This document shows positions 53,080 to 64,000 of a DNA stretch of 64,000 nucleotides, in pieces. The number at the start of each line of letters is the position of its first letter. The first letter of the stretch is position 1. This DNA is from Octopus vulgaris. Its lineage: Eukaryota. The stretch spans positions 19,654,001 through 19,718,000 of the forward strand of contig OX597818.1 in the NCBI GenBank assembly GCA_951406725.2, read 5' to 3'. The position numbers were made by a program, and so were the translations under genes. The notes under the pieces were generated by a model, which did not search any database, was not told the DNA's origin, and saw only the letters and a program-made list of their open reading frames with translations.

Positions 53080-54792
53080 AAGAAAGGAAGAAAGCTAGAT
53101 AGACAGGCAGATGTATATGTGTGGGTGGGTGTGCGTGTGCATATGGGTGTGCGTGTGCATATGCGTGTTTGTGTGCATATGCATGTGTGTGTGTGTGTGG
53201 TATCTCCTTTCCTTGACATCATGTGAAAGTTGTAAATGATTATCCCTGTCATACAAGAATTGCCATTCATTTCCATTATTCTGTAAAAATATGTCTGACC
53301 ATAGAGAAACACTACCTTGCTAAGAAACAAGGTGAAGGCTGGCAACAGGAATGGCATCAAGATATAGAATATTTGCCTCAATAAACTCCATCTGACCTAT
53401 GTGTAGTGGATCTTGCAGGCAGGAAGTGGATTCGATCCACTATAGCCAAATTTAAATTAACACTTCAACAGAACTTTTCTCACAGTAGAACAATAGTTTT
53501 TCTGTGACAGCAGTCTTACATTTGCTAGGCCGAAATAATGTCTTCACCAATTGACCTTTCAAACCTCTTCTATTTCACCAAAAGCTAGAATTAAGGTAAC
53601 AAGACCACCAACTAAATCTATTGTTCTCAATATATGTCTACCCTTCTGGATAGTAATAAAAACAAGAACCCCCCAAGCAAAAATCAGTTAGTCACTTGAT
53701 GTCTGGGAGTGTGTTCATTATTCAAAGGTGTGTCAAAAATCCTTGCTATCTATTAGAAAAATTGTTTTGTTATTATTGTCTGTGGTCCCTCCCCTACGGG
53801 GAAAGGAAATAAGGATCTTTTTCCTTTGAACAGCAGATCGAGAAATTAATTTTTTGTAACTAAACACTTTCAAACTTCGGACGCCTTAATGTGTCATACA
53901 GTGGGACTGAGCCCCAAACCACGTGGTTGCTAAACTAACTTCTTTACCATACATCAATGCCTGTCTATTTTTAGGGGTCCAGACTATGTGAATGAGAGGA
54001 AGACCGTAGAGGAATTTCTGAATGGCATAGGGTACAATATCAGATTGTAGCAAAATGAACTTAACTTTAAAGAAACCTCAACATTTAATGAGGTTTTCAA
54101 TATTGTGTTTGCTTTAATTTTTCAAAAATACCGTATGATGTTCTTTTTATTACGCTCATATTTATGATTGATGTTATTATATAATTAATGTAATATTTTA
54201 CATCTCAGAGAAGTGTTCATAAACTACAAATAATCCTTTCTACTATAGGTGCAAGGCCTGAAATTTGCAGGGAGGGAGTAAATGGATTACATCAATCCCA
54301 GTGCTCAACTGGTACTTATTTCATCAACCCCTCAAAAGGATGAAAGGCTAAGTCAACTTTGGCAGAATTTGAACTCAGAACGTTAGGTCAGAGTAAATAT
54401 CACTAAGCATAAACTACAAATAATAAGAATGAAAATTAGGATTTAAAAATAGCTTGTTTTTTTTTTTGCTTTGTTTTTTTTTTTTTTTTTTGTCTGGGGT
54501 GGGGGTTTCGTCCTCGAGAAATTTTTTCGCGTGTTTCTTTTTCTAGGTTTAGTCCTAGTTGGGTTTTACCCTTCATTCCTATTTTTAAGATGGTATGATG
54601 TGATATAGGTGATATTTGGTTGCTATTTCTAGCAGCTTATACCTTAGGCAGCAGAATGCTCGCCTGAATACAGTCTTATTCTGCCTCGCAAAATTTTCTT
54701 CGGAGGCCCTGCGTTGACACGGAAATTCGACTTATAAAAAGATGAGGTGGTCACGATTAGAATACGAGATTTTCACACACAGATGAAATGTT

Positions 54793-55213
54793 GGCGATCT
54801 TTCGTCTCTAGTAGACCTTTCCGTCGATTTCCGTAAAAAAATTTATTTTTTTTTACATATGGGCTTGCGGGAACTTTTGAAGTAATATACATACATATAC
54901 ACATACACCGAGTAAAAAATTTCAGTTATCTCTTTCTTTCACACATTACTCTGTCTCTTCACACATACTAACAGAAGCACTTCACTTACACAACATACTT
55001 TCTGTCTCCCACACCCCATCAAACACACACACACATGTACATCAATGCTTCCCATGCACGGTAACTTCAAAAGAATTTCCCTCGTCATACAATCGCTTTC
55101 TCTTAGTCTCTTTCGCTCTCATTACTTCAAAAGTTCCCGCAAGCCCATATGTAAAAAAAAAAAAAAAATTTACGTAAATCGACGGAAAGGTCTACTAGAG
55201 ACGAAAGATTGCC
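54793..55213. mobile_element. MITE with about 95-bp TIRs and an 8-bp TSD (Merlin-like GG termini)
   Basis: TIRs 54793-54886 and 55121-55213; gaaatgtt at 54785-54792 and 55214-55221. Confidence 0.85.
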
Positions 55214-55556
55214 GAAATGTTCTTGAAAAAGGCGGGGTGGTCATGGGTGGAATGCTTTTTAAAAATGACAGGATGGTCACTGTTGGAACACATTAAAAAA
55301 AAGACGAGACAGTCACGGTGGAACTCGCTTTTAAAGGACAATGAGAAACACATATATGAGCGCATCCACGCGTTTTGCACAGCTATGCACCCACGCTGCG
55401 CAAATGAATCAGGTGTTATTTTCTATTTTGAAATATTGCTTTTTTTTTTTTTTTTTGCAACTATTAAATTTCGTATACAATGAGTGTGTGTGTGTGGATG
55501 GGTGGACGGACAGCTGGGTGGATTGATGGATGGACGTTGGTAAGTGTAATTGTGTT

Positions 55557-55588
<32 letters not shown>

Positions 55589-55774
55589 TGTATGTATGTA
55601 TGTATGTATGTATGTATGTATGTATGCATGTATGTATGTACGATTTGGATGTACAGTATGTATATGTATGTAGGAAATGTAAGTGTATGTATGTATATAT
55701 ATATACATGTATTTATATACATGTATATATATACATGTATAGCATGGATGGCTATACATATATCATTGGCAGAG

Positions 55775-56180
<406 letters not shown>

Positions 56181-56605
56181 GCCGTGCACGAAACTCACAG
56201 GCCTTGTGTCGCTTTTGTAACTTTTCTGCCAATTGAAAATTTAAACAGAGAGAGGGGCACACACAGAGAAGCAGAGAGAGAGAGAGCATTTAAATTTCTT
56301 TTACACAGTGTAATGTATCTGAGAGAGATACAGAAAAAAATTCTGAATGAAAAGACGTTTTAAAATCGCTGAGGTAGACACTTTTCTTCCAGCGTAATTC
56401 TTGTGAAAGCTACTATTACAATTACCTCGAAGAACAATATTATTACTCCTACTGCAAGTAAACCGTTATCAGTAGATCTTTTGAAACTGGAAAAAGTAGC
56501 AGTTAATGATATATATGTATATAATATTAAAATATAATTAATTCTTGATAAGGGTAGTTTCTTATGTTAATTCAATAGTTATTTTTAGAGATAGTTTTAA
56601 TGTGT

Positions 56606-56676
56606 GCATCGGTGGTTCAGTGGTAGAATGCTCGCCTGCCACGCGGGCGGCCCGGGTTCGATTCCCGGCCGATGCA
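56606..56676 (+). tRNA. tRNA-Gly (GCC), solitary
   Basis: Identical to the array gene; TTTT about 10 nt downstream; unique AT-rich flanks. Confidence 0.97.
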
Positions 56677-56842
56677 AAGATATTTATTTTGATTATATTA
56701 TTTTAAGTTCTTTTCAGTTCTATGATGAGAGATATTCTAGACTTGTTTGTCTCATTTTCTTCTAACTTTCTTTTCTTATTTATAGGGAACCCATCACAAC
56801 ATTTATCAACAAGTTATTGTTTAGTTCAGGATATTTATTAGG

Positions 56843-57028
56843 TATTTCTTTACTGCCCACAAGGGGCTAAACACAGAAGGAACAAACAAGGACAGACATA
56901 GGTATTAAGTCGATTATATCGACCCCGAAAAGATGAAAGGCAAAGTGGACCTCGGCAGAATTTGAACCCAGAACATAACGGCAGACGAAATACGGCTACG
57001 CATTTCGCCCGGTGTGCTAACGGTTCTA
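56843..57028 (-). mobile_element. SINE of the first family, internally deleted, with the Tx1-like tail
   Basis: The minus strand ends tctgtgtttagccccttgtgggcagtaaagaaata. Confidence 0.8.
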
Positions 57029-57222
57029 GGAAATATGTAACTGATATTTCTAACATGTAAGAGAGACTACTAAAACTATATCTTCTCAATATCTGAAACA
57101 AATACCCCATATCTTTATTTGCACTTTTCAAGGGGTACATAGAGGTGAAGAAGTGTAACTGTGTAACGTAACAACCTCATAGCAACAACCTCATTTTTTT
57201 CCAAGTGGTATATAAACTTTAT

Positions 57223-57455
57223 AAACGCGGTGAGATGGCAGAAACGTTTGCACGCCGGGCGAAATGCTTTGCGATATTTCGTCTGCCGCTACGTTCTGAG
57301 TTCGAATTCCGCCGAGGTCGACTTTGCCTTTCATCCTTTTGGGATCGATTAAATAAGTACCAGTTACGCACTGGGGTCGATATAATCGACTTAATCCGTT
57401 TGTCTGTCCTTGTTTGTTCTCTCTATGTTTAGCCCCTTGTGGGTATAAAGAAATA
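57223..57455 (+). mobile_element. Full-length SINE of the first family with a 16-bp TSD
   Basis: ggtatataaactttat at 57207-57222 and 57456-57471. Confidence 0.92.
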
Positions 57456-57687
57456 GGTATATAAACTTTATTCAAGGCCACACGACTGCATTTTAAATCA
57501 ATTGATGCGCTACCCAGTTATAAAGGGGAAATCAATACTCGCTAACTTCAAACAAAAAACTCCTAACGTTGCCAGGTGTATCGGACGTCTACAAGGATTA
57601 AGCATGCATTAGCGTTATTTCTGAGCAAAGTTGGCTACGTGATAATGGTTTCAAATTTTGGCACAAGGCCAGCAAGTTCGTTTACAT

Positions 57688-58132
57688 CAGGGACGTACCG
57701 TCTAGGTAGGCAGTGCCTACCTTGGATAAAATAGATCGATAGCAACATTTTCCTTTCATGGCAAAATAAGCATCTAATTCATATAATATTATGAAGGTTA
57801 CTCAGATTACGATGTATAAAATGCAATATATATATATATATATCTATTATATATATATATATATTATATATATAGATTAGGTAAGCATAATTCGTCCCTG
57901 CTTTTCAATCTCAGTATTTAAGCTACACATAGTAATGCTGCAGTACATGTGTGCTGTATCCACTCCTACAACAACGTTTTTTTTTACGTGATATAAAGGT
58001 AGAAGAAATCTGCCTACAACTCAGTCGCGCGCCTGTGTTTCGCTTTATTTTTTCTTTGTGTGTGTGTGTGTTTTTCACTACATAAAGGTCACCAACTGCC
58101 TACCCTGAGTAGTTACTGACGGTATGTGCCTG
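57688..58132. mobile_element. hAT-type MITE inserted in a minus-strand SINE (about 57645-58282)
   Basis: TIRs cagggacgtaccgtc / gacggtatgtgcctg; 8-bp TSD gtttacat at 57680-57687 and 58133-58140. Confidence 0.85.
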
Positions 58133-58781
58133 GTTTACATTGACCTCAGTGCTCAACTAAGACTCCGGAAAGGAAGAAAGGCAAAGGCGACCTCGACAGA
58201 ATTTGAACTCAGAACATAAAGACGAATGAAATGCCGCTAAGCATTTGCCCAATGTGCTAACGATTCTGCCAGCTTGTCGCCTTCAAGTTAGCTCTGTAAA
58301 ATTCCTCAGATAGAACATTAACATATGTCAATTACTTTCATTATTTTATCTGGCAGCATAGTTACCAGCCGGACAAAATGCTTAGCGGCATACCTTCCGG
58401 CTCGTTATGTTCTGAGTTCAAATCCTGCCGATGTCGATTTTGCCTTTCGTCCCTTCGGAGTTGATAAAACAAGTACTAACCGAACACGGGAGCAGGTAGA
58501 GGCAATGAAATCGACTTGTCCCCTCGCCCAAAATTTCAGGCTTTGCTTTTCATCCTCTCGGGATCGATTAAAATAAGGAGAGCTTTGTTTGAAACGTAAA
58601 ACTAACTTTCTTTCCTTCCGTGTTAATACTTTGCATGTACCACATTCTCTCGTTGTTATTGTTTTCTTCTTGTGTTTTTTTCTTCGTATTTTTGTGGGGA
58701 GATTACTTTTGAAAAATTATAATATATAATGATGAGACACGTGTTATTTGTCTCTAAATTATATGTTAATGTTATGGTGTA

Positions 58782-58850
58782 GTCACTGATGAGAATTTCG
58801 CCTAGCAAATTATTTTATTTGTTAAATAAAATTCGAAATCTAGGTATGAC
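58782..58850 (+). ncRNA. Minimal type I hammerhead ribozyme (Penelope pLTR type)
   Basis: GTCA-CTGATGA-GAATTT..(tagcaaat/atttgtta)..AAATTC-GAAA-TCTAGG-TA-TGAC: intact core boxes and a GUA cleavage triplet. Confidence 0.8.
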
Positions 58851-59085
58851 CGTAAAAAAATAACAAGGTAAAAGTTATTTCTCATTCCTTCCAAATTGCT
58901 CTTAAAATGTGGTTTTGGTCGTTTTGACTACTTCTTCTAGCGTGTAAAGCTGCCTATTAAAGGTAGTTTCTCTTGTGTTTAAATGTACACTATTTTATAT
59001 TGAGAATATGTTGCCTGTTGACTTTTTGTGCTAGGCCACTGGTAGTGAAATTTCTAAAAAAAACTCGCTACCCTATATATTTTAC

Positions 59086-59123
<38 letters not shown>

Positions 59124-59873
59124 CGGGCTTCCTCAAAGTTTCTGTTTACCATATTCACTAACAAGGCATTGATAGGTTGGTTTGGATCCATAGTAGAAAG
59201 CATTTGTCGAAGGTACCGTGCAATGGGACTGAATCAGAAACCACGTGGTTTCGAACTTCATAACCACACAGCAATGAAAGCTTAAACTATTTGGAGAAGA
59301 CATTGCCCTCCCAACAGCAAATGAAACAGTATGTTGTGTCCTTGGAAACAAAGCAGATAAATCAGAAGATATTTATCAAGCAAATTTGCTTGGAGGTTGT
59401 TATGTCAGACAGGGTCGAGAGACTTTCTGATGATAAGTGCAACAAGATTGCTTTCGATAAATATCTAACGATGGGAGGCCACTGATTATGACGTAGGAAA
59501 GTATGTCTCTGATAGAACAGTCTGGCTATGTAAAATATGCTGGTAGTCAATAAGAAGAGAGAGATTTATGTTGATATATAATTGTTCAAGGTCGTCTCCA
59601 CATCTTTTGAAATATCGGAACTGAGTGCTACGGAATAGTAGTGAATGTAAATTCTCCGCAGAAAGAAAAAGATTGAATTGGTTGGTGAGAATAGGAGCAA
59701 ACTCGAGAGTACAATATACAAGGTGTCCATAAATTACCTTTACAACTTGAAAAGTTCAGGAAAAAAAAATAACAACTATGTTGTGTCCTTGGAAACAAAG
59801 CAGATAAATCAGAAAATATTTATCAAGCAAATTTGCTTGGAGGTTGTTATGTCGGAGTGGCTGTGTGGCATAG

Positions 59874-60250
59874 GCGCAGGAGTGGCTGTATGGTTCCGGG
59901 TTCGGTCCCACTGCGTGGAATCTTGGGCAAGTGTCTTCTGCTATAGCCCCGGGCCGACCAATGCCTTGTGAGTGGATTTGGTAGACGGAAACTGAAAGAA
60001 GCCTGTCGTATATATGTATATATATATATGTATGTGTGTGTGTTTGTTCCCCTAGCATTGCTTGACAACCGATGCTGGTGTATTTACGTCCCCGTCACTT
60101 AGCGGTTCGGCAAAAAGAGACCGTTAGAATAAGTACTGGGCTTACAAAAAGAATAAGTCCCGGGGTCGATTTGCTCGACTAAAGGCGGTGCTCCAGCATG
60201 GCCGCAGTCAAATGACTGAAACAAGTAAAAGAGTAAAAGAGTAAAAGAGT
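59874..60250 (+). mobile_element. tRNA-derived SINE, second family, with a short head duplication upstream
   Basis: ggcgcaggagtggctg head; (gtaaaaga)n tail. Confidence 0.85.
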
Positions 60251-60534
60251 AACTCAGCAGAGTTTAATGGAAACATCAGAACGCTTCCACGTAAGGCTCC
60301 ATTGGTTGTACGCACCATGTCTAGACAATATTCAATTTCTGACCATATACGTAAGAGTACGCCCTCATACGTAAGAGTACGCCCTCGAAGTCATTACTGC
60401 GGAGCACAGCTGACCACACCATTTGTTCTAAACCATCGCCCTCCTCCCTCTCCATCTCCTACTGCTTTACCTACCCTCTCTTTTTTTATTTCTTTCTTTT
60501 CCTTATCTCTCTTTTCTTTTCTTTTTTTTCCCTG

Positions 60535-60705
60535 TTTCTTTGTTATAAACAACATAAATCGTTATTAAAGTTCAAGACCTCAATGATCTCATGGAAAAAT
60601 ACATCAAGCCATATCTAACATTGATGAGAAGTTGCTCCAACACACTTGGCCAGAAATTGAGCTTCATCTAGACGTGTTGCCTACAACCAATGTGCAAGTG
60701 TTCTG
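60535..60705 (+). pseudogene. Possible Tc1/mariner-superfamily transposase C-terminal remnant
   Basis: KVQDLNDLMEK / QAISNIDEKLLQHTWPEIELHLDVLPTTN resembles transposase C-termini; a TIR-like tacaaggtgtccataaa lies at about 59717. Confidence 0.5.
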
Positions 60706-61239
60706 ATTTTTCTAACAAAACTTTACTTCTTTACCAATGTTTTCCAATTAACTTTGCTAAATTATTCTTTTTTCCTTTTTGTTTTTTATTTGTTTCAGTC
60801 ATCAGACTGCGGCCTTGCTGGGGCACCGCGTTGAAGAATTTCTAGTTGAATGTATCGTCCCCAGTACTTATTATTTTTAAGCCTGGTACTTATTCTATCG
60901 GTCTCTTATGCCGAACCACTAAGTTACGGAGACATAAACCATTAAGTTACGGGAAGACACAGAGCCACACACAATTTGATCACAACTGCCTGACGAACGG
61001 GACCATGAAACTCTGAGTAACATACATACATGCATGCATGCATGCATACATACATACATACATACATACATACATACACACATACATACACACACACATA
61101 CATACATACATACATACACACACATACATACATACATACATACAGACACACACACATACATACACACACACATACATACATACATACATACATACATACA
61201 TACATACATACATACATACATACATACATACATACATAC

Positions 61240-61597
61240 AAGGAAGCACTCCGTCGGTTACGACGATGAGGGTTCCGATTGTTCCGAATCAACGGAACAG
61301 CCTGCTCGTGAAATTAACGTGTAAGTGGCTGAGCACACCACAGACACGTGCACCCTTAACGTAGTTCTCGGGGATATTCAGCGTGACACAGAGAGTGACA
61401 AGACCGGCCCCTTGAAATACAGGTACAACAGAAACAGGAAGTAAGAGTGAGAGAAAGTTGTGGTGAAAGAGTACAGCAGGGATCACCACCATCCCCTGCC
61501 GGAGCCTCGTGGAGCTTTTAGGTGTTTTCGCTCAATAAACACTCTGGGAATCGAAACCGCGAGTCCGCTGCCCTAACCACTCGGCCATTGCGCCTCC
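61240..61597 (-). mobile_element. tRNA-derived SINE, another family, flanked by (CATA)n
   Basis: The minus strand starts ggaggcgcaatggccgagtggttagggc with ggtttcgattccc; the body differs from the other SINEs. Confidence 0.75.
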
Positions 61598-62109
61598 ACA
61601 CATACATACATACATACATACATACATACATACATACATACATACATACATACATACATACATACATACATACATACATACATGTATGTATAGATGACTG
61701 TCTTTCACTCGATGTTTCGCTTTCATTTTATGTACTTTTCGTTTCAGTTTGTGATCTCCAACCGAAATTACTTGATTTGTCCATAGTTATATCTTAATTT
61801 CACTCGCAAGGCCTGAAGAAGGTTATATGCAACGATAGGAAAACTTGTCCAAATGGCCCGAAAAACAAATGAAATCGTGTGTTCATGATTTTAAAGCGAA
61901 CTCCTTAACTATTGAATCGAACTTGATCTTGAAGACCTACTAAGATCAATGGTATTCCAACTGTAATTAACAATACTTTATTTAGACAAGATAGCAAAAC
62001 ATTTTAAGATTTTTTATATACATATTAAATATTAAATTAAATCATGTATGTTAAAGAGTTATTTCCCCTGTCATTTGTCAACACTTTTATGTTTTGGTGT
62101 CATTGGAAA

Positions 62110-62334
62110 ATTCTTTTACTCTTTTACTTGTTTCAGTCATTTGACTGTGGCCATGCTGGAGCACCACCTTTAGTCAAGAAAATCACCACCAGCACTTATT
62201 CTTTGTAAACCTATCGGATTTTTTTGCCGAACCGCTAAGTTAAGGGGATGTAAACACACCAAGATCACTTGTCAAGCGATGGTAGGGGGGCAAACACAGA
62301 CACAAACGTATACATACATATATATATATATATT

Positions 62335-62389
<55 letters not shown>

Positions 62390-62541
62390 TTCCAGTTTCC
62401 GTCTACCAACTCCACTCACAAGGCTTTGGTCGACCCGAGACTATAGTAGAAGACACTTACCCAAAGTGCTACGCAGTGGGACTGAACCCGGGACCGTGTG
62501 GTTGGTAAGCAAGCTACTTACCACACAGCCACTCCTGCGCC
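62110..62541 (-). mobile_element. tRNA-derived SINE, second family
   Basis: Reverse complement of the 48545-type element. Confidence 0.85.
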
Positions 62542-62553
62542 TGTTAAAAATAA

Positions 62554-64000
62554 TAATTTCTTTTATTTGCCACCAGGGCGAAGGATGAGGGGGAAAATAC
62601 AAAGACAGACATAAATTGCGGGGGGGGGGGTACCTATAATGGAATGATATAATTATTTTTTTAAATGGGGTATACACAGTATACATTAAAAGAAGTGAAG
62701 TATACACAGTATACAGCAATTAGGAGAAAAAATGTGATGGCGGGGGCTCCTGATACAGGAGGATCGCTAGGGATGATCGACGAACCCCACCATCCAAAAT
62801 CACTCTGAATACCACGGACAAATACATTTTTCAACTCCTTTCCTCCGACTCACAGGTCTACGCTGAGAGTGGTACAATCCACTCTAACCATTTTCGCAAC
62901 TTTCACCCACCTTTTCATAAATTCACTTGAGGACAGCACCTCTCTTTCTACTCTCATTCTCCTTTTGAAGTGAAAGTTGAAAAAATCGATAAGGGCTTTA
63001 CCAAAGAGGAATGTCTCTGTCCTCATTCCTTTCAGCCTCGTCCACCAGACAATCTCTTTCGCCGCAGCAACCAGGCTAAGGAAAACTGCCTTGCCGGTCT
63101 GATTAAAGGAGGGTGGCGGGGCAATCTGCACTATGAATTCGGACGACAGACAGATCCGCCCCATACGTAACAGAAACTGTTCGACATAACTCCACAAGTT
63201 AGCAATGCCCGGACACTGAACAAGTGCATGCAGAACGGTTTCATCGCTCTGTGCGCATCTCGGACAAGCCCGTCTGACAATACATCCGTGCCTGTAGAGT
63301 TTATCTCGAACCGGTAGCGTCCCCCGGTAGCACTGCCAAGTCAAAGACATCTGGAAATCATCCATAATAGTCCCCAACTTGAAAGTCCTCCGGAACAGAC
63401 TAGTCAGTTCATCTTCGTCAACACCCAGTGTCTCTCCTAGGATGTCGTCGCACTTTCCCGCCACTCATCTTCTATAAATAGCTAAAGTGGAACATCCACC
63501 GACCCAATTGCCTGACTGGTAGAGGACAGTGAGCACCTGACGACATTCTGAGTGCCAAGTGCCCAGTCTTAGTCTATCCTTTACCCAGGACTGCAGTTCT
63601 GTCAAAGAGACGAGTTGCAGAAATACGTGCCTCACAAACAGAACCCACACACGTTCACCTCTTAGAAATCGATGCAGGTGGCACAACCTGAGCGCATATT
63701 TGCCCATCAAAAGCCACGGCATGCCTCAGCCGCCACTCAGAGAGAGCTAACAGCAGATTGACAGCCTGACCATTGGAACGCGTCCCTTTCACAAGAACAT
63801 GAACAAGAGATGCTCCAATTTGATCAAACAATAACTGAGGCAAAGCACGACGGTCAGACGATAGATGATAACGGTGGCGATGTAGGCATTCGCTACCTCT
63901 GGCCGACCTTTCAAGGACAGTTTCCTCTCAGCCCATTTCTGGGTAAGACTGGCCACCCAGTTCGTCACCTCATCCTAGTTCTTATCCACCTGGAGTTCGA
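62554..64000 (-). mobile_element. Second, older Tx1-clade LINE 3' part (stops/frameshifts), running off the window
   Basis: WQCYRGTLPVRDKLYRHG..CPRCAQSDETVLHALVQC is homologous to 2780-4435. Confidence 0.9.

Overview
Eukaryotic, AT-rich, repeat-dense genomic DNA with no recognisable host protein-coding gene. The SINE families and microsatellite load suggest an octopus/coleoid cephalopod (inference). Bases 1-29640 are a tandem array of tRNA-Gly genes on the minus strand (basic unit about 3.9-4.3 kb). A unit holds two GCC isodecoders, one CCC isoacceptor and a tRNA-Gly-like pseudogene split by a 130-nt insert at about position 37/38. Individual units are modified by a 5'-truncated Tx1-clade LINE in a (GATA)n tract, Helitron-type insertions at one fixed nucleotide, a fold-back/inversion rearrangement and a 6.8-kb higher-order duplication. 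After a 100-N gap come a 1.17-kb-arm inverted repeat and a mariner pseudo-element with an intact tRNA-Gly inside its TIRs. The rest holds CR1, RTE, Tx1 and hAT remnants, MITEs with TSDs, Penelope-type pieces with minimal hammerhead ribozyme motifs, many SINEs and one more solitary tRNA-Gly. The most notable signal is that the 3' tail of one SINE family matches the 3' ends of both Tx1-clade LINEs, suggesting a SINE/Tx1 partnership. All coordinates were read by eye; no searches were run.
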